Below, in pieces: positions 20,422 to 34,546 of a stretch of 64,000 bases of DNA. The stretch spans positions 128,001 to 192,000 of the forward strand of contig CAXNJO010000006.1 of the NCBI GenBank assembly GCA_964202905.1, read 5' to 3'. This DNA comes from Polyangiales bacterium. GTDB lineage: Bacteria; Myxococcota_A; Polyangia; Polyangiales; JADJQN01. Made by a program: the position numbers and the translations under genes. The first letter of the stretch is position 1, and every line of letters starts with the position of its first letter. The notes under the pieces are model-generated. The model was not told the origin of the DNA. It made no database searches and was given only the letters and a program-made list of their open reading frames with translations.

Positions 20422-22064
20422 ATGAGCCTCGAGCTCTCCGTGTGGCGCGAGGCCTGTCGTCACCTCGACATCGAGGAGTCCGTCGCGCGTCTGCTGCCGC
20501 CGCTCGCCGCCGCGCTCCCGGTCGCGGCGGTGATCGTGCGGCGCCTCGACCTCGCGCGCCTGCGCCTCGAGACGGTGGCCGCGGCCCGCAGCCGGGCGCG
20601 GCGCAGCGCGGCGCGGCGCGCACGGAGCTCGGCGCCGCGGCGCGGCGGCGCTCGCGCAGCGCGCGGCGGCGGGCGCGGTCTGGCACCGCGACGCCGGCGC
20701 GCGGCGGGCACCCGGACGACGTGCTCGCGGAGGTCGTGCCGGAGGGCGTCGAGGGGGACGTGATCGCGGGTGCGCTCGTCGACGAGGGGGCGGTGCTCGG
20801 CGCGCTCGTGCTCGTCGCGCGCGGGGGCACGCGCTTCTCGGCGTCGGACGTCGCCGCGACGCGCGGCCTGCTCGAGCCGTTCGCCGTCGCGCTCGCGAAC
20901 GACGCGCGCGTGCACGAGCTCGCGCGGCTCCGCGAGGCGGTCGAGGCCGAGAACCGCGCGCTGCTCTCGCGGCTCGGGCGGCAGAGCATCGTCGAGTCGA
21001 TCGTCGGTGAGAACGCGGGCCTGCGCCTCGTCATGGAGCGCGTGCAGCAGGTCGCGAACACGGACGTACCGGTGCTCGTGCTCGGTGAGACGGGCAGCGG
21101 CAAGGAGGTCATCGCGCGCGCCTTGCACGAGCGCTCGCGACGCGCGCGCGGCCCCATCGTGCGCGTGAACTGCGGCGCGATCCCGACCGAGCTCGTCGAC
21201 AGCGAGCTCTTCGGCCACGAGCGCGGTTCGTTCACGGGCGCCGCCTTCGCGCGCAAGGGCTGGTTCGAGCGCGCGGACGGCGGGACGCTCTTCCTCGACG
21301 AGGTGGGCGAGCTTCCGCTCGCGGCGCAGGTGCGCCTCCTGCGGATCCTGCAGGACGGCACGCTCGAGCGCGTCGGCGGGCAGCGGACGGTGAACGTCGA
21401 CGTGCGCATCGTCGCGGCGACGCACCGCGATCTGCACGCGATGGTGGAACAGGGCACCTTTCGCGAGGACCTCTGGTACCGCATCAGCGTCTTCCCGATG
21501 CGGCTGCCGGCGCTGCGCGAGCGGCTCGAGGACATCCCCGCGCTCGCGGCGCACTTCGCGGCGCGCGCGGGTGAGCGCCTCGGCGCCGGCGCGCTCACGC
21601 CGAGCCCCGACGACCTCGCGCGGCTGCTCGCGTACCCCTGGCCCGGGAATGTGCGCGAGCTCGCGTCCGTCATCGAGCGCGCGGCGATCCTCGGCCACGG
21701 GCGGCGCCTCGAGGTCGCCGCGGCGCTCGGCGCGGACGCCCGCCGCGGGACGTCGGTGCGCCCCGGTCCGCCGGAGTCGCCGCGCACGCCGTCCGCTGCG
21801 TGGTCGCCCGACACGCCGTTCCCCGCGCCGTCGCCGTACCGCGCCGAGCCCGTGGACGCCTCGACGCGCGCGGCCGAGGTCGCGCGGCTCGACGAGGCGG
21901 TGGTGCGGCACATCGAAGCGGCGCTCGCCCGCACGGGCGGCCGCATCGAGGGGCCGCGCGGCGCCGCGGTGCTGCTCGGCATCAACCCGCACACCCTGCG
22001 TGCCCGCATGCGCAAACTCGGCGTCGCGTGGGCGCGCTTCCGCGACCCCGACACGGGGCGTTGA
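20422..22064 (+). CDS. Sigma-54-dependent enhancer-binding protein (FhlA/HyfR-like: GAF-like + AAA+ + HTH), apparent frameshift near 20590-20700
   Basis: N-terminus MSLELSVWREACRHLDIEES in one frame; GETGSGKE, ELFGHERGSFTGA, LFLDEVGE, WPGNVREL and HTH (GAAVLLGINPHTLRARMRKLG) in another. Confidence 0.9.
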
Positions 22065-22160
22065 CCGGCGCGCCGACGCCCCGCGTCACGGCAACACGGA
22101 TTACACCTGCAATCTGGATGCTGCTGCGACGCGACTGCGTCGGAGGACGCCGCGCTTCGC

Positions 22161-22706
22161 TCAGTCGTCGCCGTCGAAACCAGACGGCTTGCGCGCAGGC
22201 AGCGGGGAGGACTCGGGCGCGGGCGTGCGCCCGTGCACGAGCACGCGACGCTCTCCGGAGAACCAGACCTCGATCTTCCCAGCCTCGGGGACGGCCTCGA
22301 CGACGCCGCGCCCGAAGGTCGAGTGGTCGATGGGATCGCCCACGCGGAAGGTCTCGATCGGCCGGTATTTCCGCACGGGACGCAGCGGATCGACCGTGAC
22401 GCGCGGGCCCGGCGGCGCCTTCGGTGTCGCGCTGCGCGACGCGCGCGGGGCCTTCCCGCCCGGGGCGGCGGCGGCGCGGGGGGCGGCGGGCGCGCGCGGC
22501 GATTTCGCGGCCTTCTCGCGTACGGGCGGGCGGTGCCGGTGCACGGCGCCGCACTGCTTGCACTGCACCTTCGCGATGGAGTCGCCGACCTTCGCGACGA
22601 CCACGTGCCAGACGTCGCCGCACTTGCCGCAGATCGACTCGACGTCGTTGCCGACGTTCGTTCCGACGCCCGCCTTGCCGAACCCGGACTTGTCGCCTGC
22701 CACCAC
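22161..22706 (-). CDS. Hypothetical protein with zinc-ribbon-like N-terminus and SH3-like C-terminus
   Basis: CGKCGDVWH...CKQC, basic linker, FRVGDPIDHSTFGRGVV; GTG start after GGAGG. Confidence 0.8.
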   Translation of the reverse strand: MVAGDKSGFGKAGVGTNVGNDVESICGKCGDVWHVVVAKVGDSIAKVQCKQCGAVHRHRPPVREKAAKSPRAPAAPRAAAAPGGKAPRASRSATPKAPPGPRVTVDPLRPVRKYRPIETFRVGDPIDHSTFGRGVVEAVPEAGKIEVWFSGERRVLVHGRTPAPESSPLPARKPSGFDGDD

Positions 22707-22868
22707 GCTGCCTCCGTGATCGGGCCGCGTACGGCGGCCCGCTTCGTCGACGCGGTGTGCCACTTTCGCGTGCCGATTCAATGCATTTCCGCGCGCAAGA
22801 GGGCCTCGCGCGCGCTGCCCGATCGCGCCGCCGTGTTAGCGTCCCGGGCCGATGCGAGGAGGCGACCG

Positions 22869-24312
22869 ATGACGACGCAGCGCTACGATCTCGTGGTCCT
22901 CGGGACGGGCCCCGCGGGCGAGAAGGGCGCCGCGCAGGCGGCGTACTTCGGCAAGCGCGTGGCCGTCGTCGAGAAGGCGCCCCAGCCCGGCGGGGCCGCC
23001 GTGCACACCGGCACGCTGCCGAGTAAGACGCTGCGCGAGACGGCGCTCTACCTCTCCGGCCACCGCACGCGCCCGCTCTACGGCCTCTCCGTGAAGCTCG
23101 ACGACCCGCGCGAGAGCGTCGCGCGCCTCATCGCCCGCAAGGACACGATCGCGGGGCTCGAGTCGGCCCGCATGCGCGACAACCTGCGCCGCCACGGCGT
23201 CGACTACGTCGAGGGGTACGGCCGCTTCGCCGACGCTGCACGCGCTCGAGGTCACGCACGCCGACGGGCGCGTGACGCGCCTCGAGGGCGAGAAGTTCCT
23301 GATCACGACGGGCAGCCGACCGCTGAACCCGCCCGAGATCCGCATCGACGAGCCGGACGTCTACGACTCGGACGAGATCCTCGGGCTCGAGCGCCTCCCG
23401 CAGAGCCTCGTCGTGCTCGGCGCGGGCGTGATCGGCTGCGAGTACGCGTGCATGTTCGCGGCGCTCGGCGTCACCGTCACCGTCGTCGAGGCGCGCGACG
23501 CGCTGCTGCCCTTCCTCGACGAGGAGATGGGGCAGCGGCTGCGCGCCGCCATGGAGCGCCTCGGCATCACCTTCTCGCTCGGCGTGAAGTGGAAGCGCGT
23601 GGACCGCGACCCCGAGCGCGGCCTCTTCTGCGAGCTCGTCGACGGGCGCCGGCTGTGGTGCGAGAACCTCCTCTTCGCCGCGGGGCGCGTCGGTGCGACG
23701 CGGGACCTCGGCCTCGAGCGGATCGGCCTCGCGCCCGACGCGCGCGGCTACCTCAAGGTCGACGAGCACTACCGCACCGAGGTCCCGCACGTGTACGCGG
23801 CGGGTGACGTGATCGGCTTCCCGGCGCTCGCCTCGACCTCGATGGAGCAGGCGCGCGTCGCGGCCTGTCACGCCTTCGGCATCCACTACAAGTCCGACGT
23901 CCTCGGCGTGCTGCCCTACGGCATCTACACGATCCCCGAGGTGAGCTGCGTCGGCGAGACCGAGCAGGGCTGCCGCGAGCGCCACATCGATCACGTCGTC
24001 GGCCGCGCGTTCTTCGCCGACAACGCGCGCGGGCAGATCACGGGCGACGTCGAAGGCATGCTGAAGCTGGTCGTGCACGCGCCGACGCGGCGGCTCATCG
24101 GCGTGCACGTCATCGGCGAGCGCGCGAGCGAGCTCGTGCACATCGGCCAGGCCGTGATGCAGCTCGGCGGCAGCGTCGACGTGTTCATCGACATGGTCTT
24201 CAACTACCCGACGCTGTCGGAGGCCTACAAATACGCGGCCTACGCGGCGCTCGGCGCCCTCGCGGAGCGCGCCGCGGCGGGCGTGGTTCAGACGAGGAGC
24301 GACGCGCAGTAG
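22869..24312 (+). CDS. sthA: Soluble pyridine nucleotide transhydrogenase, +1 frameshift at ~23237
   Basis: YDLVVLGTGPAGEKGA, GGAAVHTGTLPSKTLRE (no redox CxxxxC), GAGVIGCEYA, GDVIGFPALAS, FNYPTLSEAYKYAA. Removing one base at ~23237 gives a continuous FADAHALEVTHADGRVTRLEG. Confidence 0.93.
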
Positions 24313-24977
24313 AGCGCGACCTCGCGCTCGGCGAGGATGCTCTCGCAGGCGTAGACGTTGTCGCCGTCGCAGTCGGTCTGCGCGCCCCACGCGATCACGA
24401 CGGCGTCCGTCTCGCTCGCGCGGCGAACCCACGTGTCGGCGACCGAGAGCGAGGCGCCACGCAGGTCGAGAATGATCGCGGAGCGCGTGCCGCGGATGGG
24501 CGGCACCGAGGGCGCGACGCGCGACGTCATGCCGAGCGCGGCGAGCTCGCTCGCGAGGTCGTGCGCGCGCCGCACGTCGTACGCGACGATCCACACGGTG
24601 TCGGTGCTCGCGGCGAGGCGGAGCGTGTCGCGCGGGATGACCGCGGAGATCTCCTCGTCGTAATCGTCGAGGGGGACCGGGGGCGGCATCGTCGTCGGCA
24701 TCCGCGGGGAGGGCGGGGCGGGCAGCATCGCCCCGAGGCGGTCGCAGAGGGCCTCGGCCGTCTCCGGGCCGAGCGCGCGCGTCATCGCCTCGCGCAGCGC
24801 GGTGCGCACGAACACCGAGAGGACGTCCGGGTCCGTGGGCATCGACGGATGGCCCGCGTCGTCGAGGGCCGCCGCGACGAGCGCGCGCCGCGTCGCGGGC
24901 GACGCGACGGCGTCGATCTCCTCTTCGACGAGGCGCGCGACGAGCAGACCGATGCCCCCGGCGGGACTCCTGGGCAT
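24288..24977 (-). CDS. Hypothetical protein, possibly with a degenerate receiver-like C-terminus
   Basis: Coding-like composition and codon bias; no recognisable catalytic motif. Confidence 0.6.
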   Translation of the reverse strand: MPRSPAGGIGLLVARLVEEEIDAVASPATRRALVAAALDDAGHPSMPTDPDVLSVFVRTALREAMTRALGPETAEALCDRLGAMLPAPPSPRMPTTMPPPVPLDDYDEEISAVIPRDTLRLAASTDTVWIVAYDVRRAHDLASELAALGMTSRVAPSVPPIRGTRSAIILDLRGASLSVADTWVRRASETDAVVIAWGAQTDCDGDNVYACESILAEREVALYCASLLV

Positions 24978-25072
24978 CGCGGAGGGTGCGCGCATCCTGC
25001 TCCACAAGGTGGCACGCGATGCGGTGGTCGTCCCGCGCCGACACGCAGATTTTGCGCGCACTGCGGGGATGT

Positions 25073-27354
25073 TCAGAACGACGCCGGGTCCGGGAGCGCC
25101 CAGCGGAGGTCGAGCGTGAGCGGCGTCGTCGCCCCGGGCGTCGGTGCGCGGAGGGCGTCGATCGCGCCCGCGGGGGCCGCATCGACGACGACGCGCGCGT
25201 CGCGCCGGCGCGCGGCCTCCGCGAGGTCACGCGGGAGTCCGTCGTAGGCGCCGCCGCCCGGCGCCCACGCGTGCAGCGTGAGCCGCTGCGTCGAGGCCGC
25301 GCGGGCGTGCTTCCACGCGAGGACGACGGGCTCCGTCGGCGGGAGGAGCGGGTGCAGGCCGGGCCGCGGGACGAAGGCGCGGTAGCGCAGCCCCGCGACG
25401 AGGGCGGGGCCGCGCGCATCCCGGGCGGCGACGAGCGGGACGCGCACGCCGCACGCCCCGAGCACGACCCCTTCGGGCAGCGAGCCGTCCTCGCCGCGCA
25501 GCACGAGCTCGAGCCGCACGGTGCTGCCATCGACCCAGCGCGCCGCGTGGCGTTCCTGCGAGGCGGCGTCACCCACGAGTGGCCAGTGCTCGATCGCGCG
25601 GCGCACCCGCAGCGTGACTCCGTCGAGCGCGCTCGCGCCGACCTCGCGGTGCGCGCCGTCGTGCAGGGGCGCGCGCAGCGCGGGCGCGAGGCCGAGGCCC
25701 GCGGCGTCGAGGTCGGCGAGGACGTCGTCGAGATCCGCTTGAAGGAAGAACGGCAGCGCGAACTCGTCGTGCAGGCGCGCGCCCCACGCGACGAGCGGCG
25801 CGGTGTACGGCGTCGCGGCGAGGCGCGCGCAGACCGCGCGGAGCAGCGCGGCGATGGCGGCGGCGTGCGCAGGCGAGGGCGCCATGCGCAGCGCGCGCAG
25901 CTCCACGAGGCCGAGCTCGCCGCGGCCGGGCAGCCGCGGGTTCGCGAGCTTCTCCACGTTGATCTCGGCGCGGTGCGCGTTGCCCGAGTGGTCCGCGAGA
26001 AAGGGTGCGAGCGTCGCGTGCAGTGTGCGCGCGTCGGGTGGCGGGACGCGCGCGAGCACCTCGAGCGCGAGGGCGAGCTCGGCGACGATCTCGGGCAGCC
26101 CCTCGTCGGCGCGCGGTGACTGCGACGAGCTGCCGAGCGAGTCGACCGCGAAGAGGTACGAGAGGGACGGGTGCCGCTGCGCGTAGCGCACGAGGCCGGG
26201 CAGCAGGTGCGGCACGCGGACGAACGGGCTCTCCGCGAACGAGGCGCCGCCGAAGGTCACGTGCCCGCCGCCGCCCGAGTCGCCGAGCGTCCCGTCGAAG
26301 CGCGCGCGCAGCGGGGCGAGGCCGACCTCCGCGGCGCAGGCGTGCACGAGGCGCTGCTGCGCGAGGTAGCCCGCGAGGTCCGGGCACGGCGCGGCGTTGA
26401 CCTCGACGACCGCGGGGTCGGGCGTGACCGTCGTGTGCGCGACGCGCGCGTCGACCGGCGGCGGAAAGCCCGTCCAGACGAGCGCCGTGACGCCGCTCGC
26501 GCGCGCGGCGTCGGCGACGTGCGCGACGAGCGCGAGGAAGGCGTCGACGTCGGGGAGCGCGGGCAATTCCACGCGCACCGCCTGCGCGCCTCCCGCGGCG
26601 TGATCCGCGCCGAGCGCGAGCAGGTACACGCCGAGGGCCGCGAGCGCGTCGGTCGCGCCGTCGTCGGGCACGGGCGCGTCGTGCACCGAGGGCCGCGCGA
26701 GGCGTGCGTCGTGCGTCGCGCGCGCGAGCGTCGCGGCGTCGCGCGCGTAGGCGAGGCGATGCGGGAGCGGGACGGGCAGGTCGCCCGTGTCGCAGGCGAG
26801 GCCGGCGTCGCGCAGGCGCGCGGCGAGCGCGTCGCGGAGCGCGCGGGCCTGCGCCTCCGAACGCGCGCGGGCGTGCGCATCGCGGAGCGCGCTGTCGGGT
26901 GCGCCGGCGTGGTGCTCGCCGGTGTCTCCGGAGAGCGGATCGCGCGGCAGCGCAGGCCCCCACACGGGCTGCCCGTCGCGGCGCGCGTAGAGGCCGTACG
27001 ACCAGCGCGCACGCGGCTCGCCCGCGTACTGACGGCCGAGCGTGCGCAGCAGCAGCGCCCCCGGCTGCCGCGCCGCGAGCCGCGCGGTGAGCGCGCGGGC
27101 GCGCGCCTCCTTCTCCTCGCCGAGCGCGGCCGACATCCACTCCGGGGCGAGCGAGAGGCGATCGGTGAAGGTCGGTTCACCGCCGACCCACGGCGCGACG
27201 CCCAGCGCCGCGACGGCCGCGTCGTGCGCGCGCACCGCGTCGTCGAGCGCGGCCTCGCGTGCGGCGTCGTCGGGCGCTTCCTCCCCGGCGCGCGCGGCGT
27301 CGCGCGTGTCGTCGGCGTGGCCGCGTAGGTCGCGGGCGCGCGTCGGTGCGCCGC

Positions 27355-27358
<4 letters not shown>
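25073..27358 (-). CDS. DUF2126 putative amidoligase, stand-alone paralog without a transglutaminase domain
   Basis: [65 protein letters not shown] start overlaps the upstream stop. Confidence 0.85.
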
Positions 27359-30657
<3,299 letters not shown>

Positions 30658-30823
30658 GGTGGCGCGCAGCATGCGCGCGATCGCGCGCGCGGGACAAGCG
30701 CGGATTGTGCGTGTTTCCCACGGGTTTCGCGGTCGTGGCGCGGGGGCGCGCGACGCGGGAGGGCGCGGCGCGCGCGGCGCCGGCGGCCTTGTGGTGGCGC
30801 ATGGAAGTACGGTACGAGAGCCC

Positions 30824-31145
30824 ATGGAATTTCAAGTCGTCAGCGCGCTCAACGCGCTCGTCACGCTGCTGCTGCAGTGCGCGCTGCTCGGCGTCGCGCT
30901 CGGCGTCGTGCGGAAGGCGCACGCGCAGGCGGCCTACGTGATCGCGGCGGCCGCTGGCGTGCGCGTGCTGGCGACGTGCTGCATCGATCTCGGCCCGCTC
31001 GCGCTCGAGTTGGGCAACCAGTACGAGGCCCTGCGTACGCTCTCGCCGTTCCTCCGCATCGCTGGGACGCTCGAGTTCGCGCTCCACTGGGGCGCCCTGA
31101 GCGCTCGCCGCGGTGCTCCTCGCGCGCGGCCGTCGCGGCGCGTAG
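30824..31145 (+). CDS. Small membrane protein (about 3 TM, CC motif), apparent frameshift near 31100
   Basis: [33 protein letters not shown]...[10 protein letters not shown]...TCC; the hydrophobic tail [14 protein letters not shown] continues in the +1 frame. Confidence 0.55.
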
Positions 31146-31167
31146 CGGCACGAGGGGGAGGCCGCCC

Positions 31168-31510
31168 ATGGATCGTGAGGCGTCCGAGATCCTCGGTTGG
31201 GTGCTGTTCGTCTTCCGGCTGTTCGTGCTCGTTCGGCGTACTCGGCGCGGTGCTCGGGCTCGTGCGGCGCGCGAGCAGCCGCGCGGCGTACCTGCTCGCG
31301 GGCGGCGTCGGGCTCCAGCTCGCCTCGATGTGCTGCTGGCGCGCGACGAACCTCGCCTTCCGCGGCGAGTACGGCGAGACCTACCGCTACGTGATGATCG
31401 CGGACAGCTGCGTGGGGGTGCTCGTCGACGCCGCGTCGGTCGGGCTGCTCGCGTACGCGTTCGTCGTGCTCGCGCGCGCGCTCTCCGCGCCCGCGACGCC
31501 GACGCGCTGA
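31168..31510 (+). CDS. Small membrane protein, paralog of the preceding gene, apparent frameshift near 31230
   Basis: RBS GGGGGAGG + ATG (MDREASEILGWVLFVFRLFV), then FGVLGAVLGLVRRAS..AAYLLAGG...MCC in another frame. Confidence 0.55.
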
Positions 31511-31565
31511 CGACCCCCGCGAGCGTGCTTCCCATCCGCGGAGCGCTCTGACAGGATCGCGCCCG

Positions 31566-33545
31566 ATGACGGACGCGACCGAGCGGCGCACCTCCCCACC
31601 CCCGTCGTCCGCGCCGGGTCTCCCCGAGGGGAGCAGCGCGGAGCTCCGGCGCGAGCACCAGCTCACGCGCCTGCTCGCGATGTCCTTCGACGCCGCGGCC
31701 TCGCCCTCGATCACGTTGCGCGCGCTCACCGAGGCCGAGGAGCGCGACCGCCCGTACGGCTGGGGCTTCGCGTGGTACCCGGACGAGACGCCCTGCGCGC
31801 TCGTCGTCAAGGACCCGACCTCCATCGGCGAGAACGCGATGACGAAGCTGCTCCGCGAGTGGGAGCGCTTCGAGTCGACCGTCTTCGTGTGTCACCTCCG
31901 CGGCGCCGCGCGCACGATCCAGGAGCAGGACACGCACCCGTTTTCGCGCAGCTACGCCGGGCGCGACTGGCTCTTCGCGCACAACGGCGACCTGCTCGGC
32001 GATTTCCGCGCGAAGCTCCCGCTCAGCGGGCCGATCCCGGCCTTCGAGCCGGTCGGACGCACCGACAGCGAGTACGCCTTCTGCTGGCTGCTCGAGCAGA
32101 TGCGCAACGCCGGGGCGCGCACGCTCGCGGAGGTCGGCTGGGCGCGCCTGCACGGCTGGGCGCGCACGCTCGACGCGCTCGGCACCTGCAATTTCCTGCT
32201 CTCCGACGGCACCGACCTCGTCGTCTACCACGACGAGGAGCAGTACAACGGGCTCGTCTGGACGCGCCTGCTGCCGCCGCACGCCACCTCGCTCGCCACC
32301 GAGGACATCGAGGTCGATCTCGGCGACGCGGGCGACAGCGGGCGCACGGTGGTCGTGTTCGCGACCTCGCCGCTCGAGGGCGCGGCGTGGACCCCGATGA
32401 CGGGCGGTCAGCTCGTCGTCGTGCGGCGCGGCGCCTTCGTGTACGACAGCCACGCGAGCGAGACGGCGCGGCGACTCATGGTCTCGCCGATCCGCCCGGT
32501 GCTGCGCGCGGCGCGCCCGGCGTCCAGCGCGTCGACGGGCGAAGGTCAGCGCGAGCACGGCACGCAGCAGGCGGCGCGCGGCGTCGCGGCGCTCCGCGGC
32601 CCGGAGGCGCGCCCCGCGTCGTTCGAGGTCGCCCCGTGCCTCGCGCTCCCGGCGGGCGTGCAGCGCATCCCCGGCACGCGCCTCGTGTCGGTCGTGCACG
32701 AGACGCTCTACACCTACGACGCGCCCGTCGAGCGCAGCACGCACCTCTACCGGCTCCGCCCCGTGCACGACCGCGCGCAGGAGGTGCTCGCGCAGGAGCT
32801 GCTCATCTCCTCGGAGGATCTGCGCCGCGAGTACGAGGACGTCTTCGGCAACATGACGACGCGCACCGAGGTCGAGCGCCCCTACGACCGCATGCGCATC
32901 CTCGCGCGTTCGATCGTCCGCGTCGCCGAGCTCATGCCGCGGGACCTGCACTCGCCCGTGCGGCGCACCATGATCCCGCTCGTGTGGATGCCCTGGCAGC
33001 GGCAGATGATGATGCCGTACCTCCTGCCGCCCGAGCTTCCCGAGACGCAGTTGCAGGAGCTCTACGAGTTCGCGCTGAGCTTCGTCGAGCGTCAGGACTA
33101 CGACCTCGTCCAGACGCTGCTCGACATGAACACCACCATCTACCGCGACTTCGTCTACGAGAGCGGCTCGACGACCCTCGGCACGACGCCGTTCGACGTG
33201 TACGTCGCGCGGCGCGGTGTCTGCCAAGACTTCGCGAACCTCTTCATCTGCCTCGCGCGGCTGCTCTCGATCCCGGCGCGCTACCGCGTCGGTTACATCT
33301 ACACGGGCGCGGACTACGAGAACAAGGTGCAGAGCGAGGCCTCGCACGCGTGGGTCGAGCTCTACCTGCCCTGGCGCGGCTGGATCGGCTTCGACCCGAC
33401 GAACGGCTGCCTCGCGGGGCTCGATCACGTGCGCGTCGCCTGCGGCCGCAACTACCGCGACGCGACCCCGACGAGCGGGACCATCTACAAAGGTGGTGGT
33501 TTCGAGACGCTGCAGGTCGCGGTGCGCATCGAGGATCTCGGCTGA
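31566..33545 (+). CDS. Class II glutamine amidotransferase-like (Ntn fold, YafJ/EgtC-like) domain fused to a transglutaminase-like domain
   Basis: GWGFAWY, HLR, DTHPF, FAHNG, TDSE, NFLLSDG; then HETLYTY...EDVFGN, GVCQDFA, SHAWVE, FDPTN, GRNYRDATP. Confidence 0.9.
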   Translation: MTDATERRTSPPPSSAPGLPEGSSAELRREHQLTRLLAMSFDAAASPSITLRALTEAEERDRPYGWGFAWYPDETPCALVVKDPTSIGENAMTKLLREWERFESTVFVCHLRGAARTIQEQDTHPFSRSYAGRDWLFAHNGDLLGDFRAKLPLSGPIPAFEPVGRTDSEYAFCWLLEQMRNAGARTLAEVGWARLHGWARTLDALGTCNFLLSDGTDLVVYHDEEQYNGLVWTRLLPPHATSLATEDIEVDLGDAGDSGRTVVVFATSPLEGAAWTPMTGGQLVVVRRGAFVYDSHASETARRLMVSPIRPVLRAARPASSASTGEGQREHGTQQAARGVAALRGPEARPASFEVAPCLALPAGVQRIPGTRLVSVVHETLYTYDAPVERSTHLYRLRPVHDRAQEVLAQELLISSEDLRREYEDVFGNMTTRTEVERPYDRMRILARSIVRVAELMPRDLHSPVRRTMIPLVWMPWQRQMMMPYLLPPELPETQLQELYEFALSFVERQDYDLVQTLLDMNTTIYRDFVYESGSTTLGTTPFDVYVARRGVCQDFANLFICLARLLSIPARYRVGYIYTGADYENKVQSEASHAWVELYLPWRGWIGFDPTNGCLAGLDHVRVACGRNYRDATPTSGTIYKGGGFETLQVAVRIEDLG

Positions 33546-33564
33546 AGGCGCGCCCGCCCGGCCC

Positions 33565-34545
33565 TCACTGCGACGGCGTGTCGAGGGGCTCGCCCCCCAC
33601 GGGGCGCGGCGCGAAGAAGGTCTCGTGGATCGCGTCGCCGACGCCGTTGAGACGGTCCTGGAAGCCGTCGAGGTACTCGTGCAGCCCGCCCGCGACGATC
33701 CCGCGGATGTCGCCTTGCTCGAGCTCACCGCGCAGCCTTCCGAGCGCGACCTCGGCGCTCGTCGCCGCCGTCTCGGCCGTCGCGCCCGTGATCGCGTGCA
33801 GGCTGCGCTCGCCCTTGGTGGCGCAATAGAGCACCGAGCGCGGGAACTTGCGGTCGAGCAGCAGGAACTCGACGACGCGCGCGGGCTCGATGCGCCCGAA
33901 GCGCTTGCGGTACATCTCGAGCGCCGATGCGCTCTTGAGCAGCGAGACCCACTGCAGCTCGTCCCACGGCGTGCCGACGTCGTGCGGGTCGGGCAGCAGC
34001 AGGAAGTACTTCACGTCGACGATGCGCGAGGTCTTGTCGGCGCGCTCGAGCAGCCGCCCGAGTCGCCCGAAGTGCCAGGCCTCGTTGTGCGTCATCGTGA
34101 TGTACGTGATGCCGACGAAGAGGTGCGCGGCGAGCTTCACGTCGGTGTAGAAATCGTGCGGCGTGTCGAGCACGCCGGGGCGCGAGGCCGCCGCGCTCAC
34201 GGTGAGGAAGGCCTTGTTGACCTGCTCCCACATCTCCGAGGAGATGATCTCGCGCACGCTGCGCGCGTTCTCGCGGGCCGCGCGCAGGCAGGAGAGGATC
34301 GAGCTCCCGTACTCCGCGTCGAACGTGAGAAACTGCAGCACGTTCTCCCGCGTCGGAGCGCCGTATTTCTCGCGGAAATACGCGTCGTCGCCCGTGGTCG
34401 CGACGAGCGGGGCCCACTGCTGGTCCGCGCCATCGGGCATGTCGAGCAGCAGGTTGAGGTTCACGTCGACGAAGCGCGCGACGTTCTCCGCGCGCTCGAC
34501 GTAGCGGTTCATCCAATAGACGGAGTCGGCGACGCGGCTCAGCAT
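33565..34545 (-). CDS. Alpha-E domain protein (DUF403)
   Basis: MLSRVADSVYWMNRYVERAENVAR, ARENARSVREIISSEMWE, LERADKTSR, FPRS. Confidence 0.95.
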   Translation of the reverse strand: MLSRVADSVYWMNRYVERAENVARFVDVNLNLLLDMPDGADQQWAPLVATTGDDAYFREKYGAPTRENVLQFLTFDAEYGSSILSCLRAARENARSVREIISSEMWEQVNKAFLTVSAAASRPGVLDTPHDFYTDVKLAAHLFVGITYITMTHNEAWHFGRLGRLLERADKTSRIVDVKYFLLLPDPHDVGTPWDELQWVSLLKSASALEMYRKRFGRIEPARVVEFLLLDRKFPRSVLYCATKGERSLHAITGATAETAATSAEVALGRLRGELEQGDIRGIVAGGLHEYLDGFQDRLNGVGDAIHETFFAPRPVGGEPLDTPSQ

Positions 34546-34546
34546 C

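Noticed and set aside
22869..24312. Dihydrolipoamide dehydrogenase or glutathione reductase call
   Set aside because: The redox-active CxxxxC is absent (GGAAVHTGTLPSK) and the C-terminus is FNYPTL, which fits SthA.
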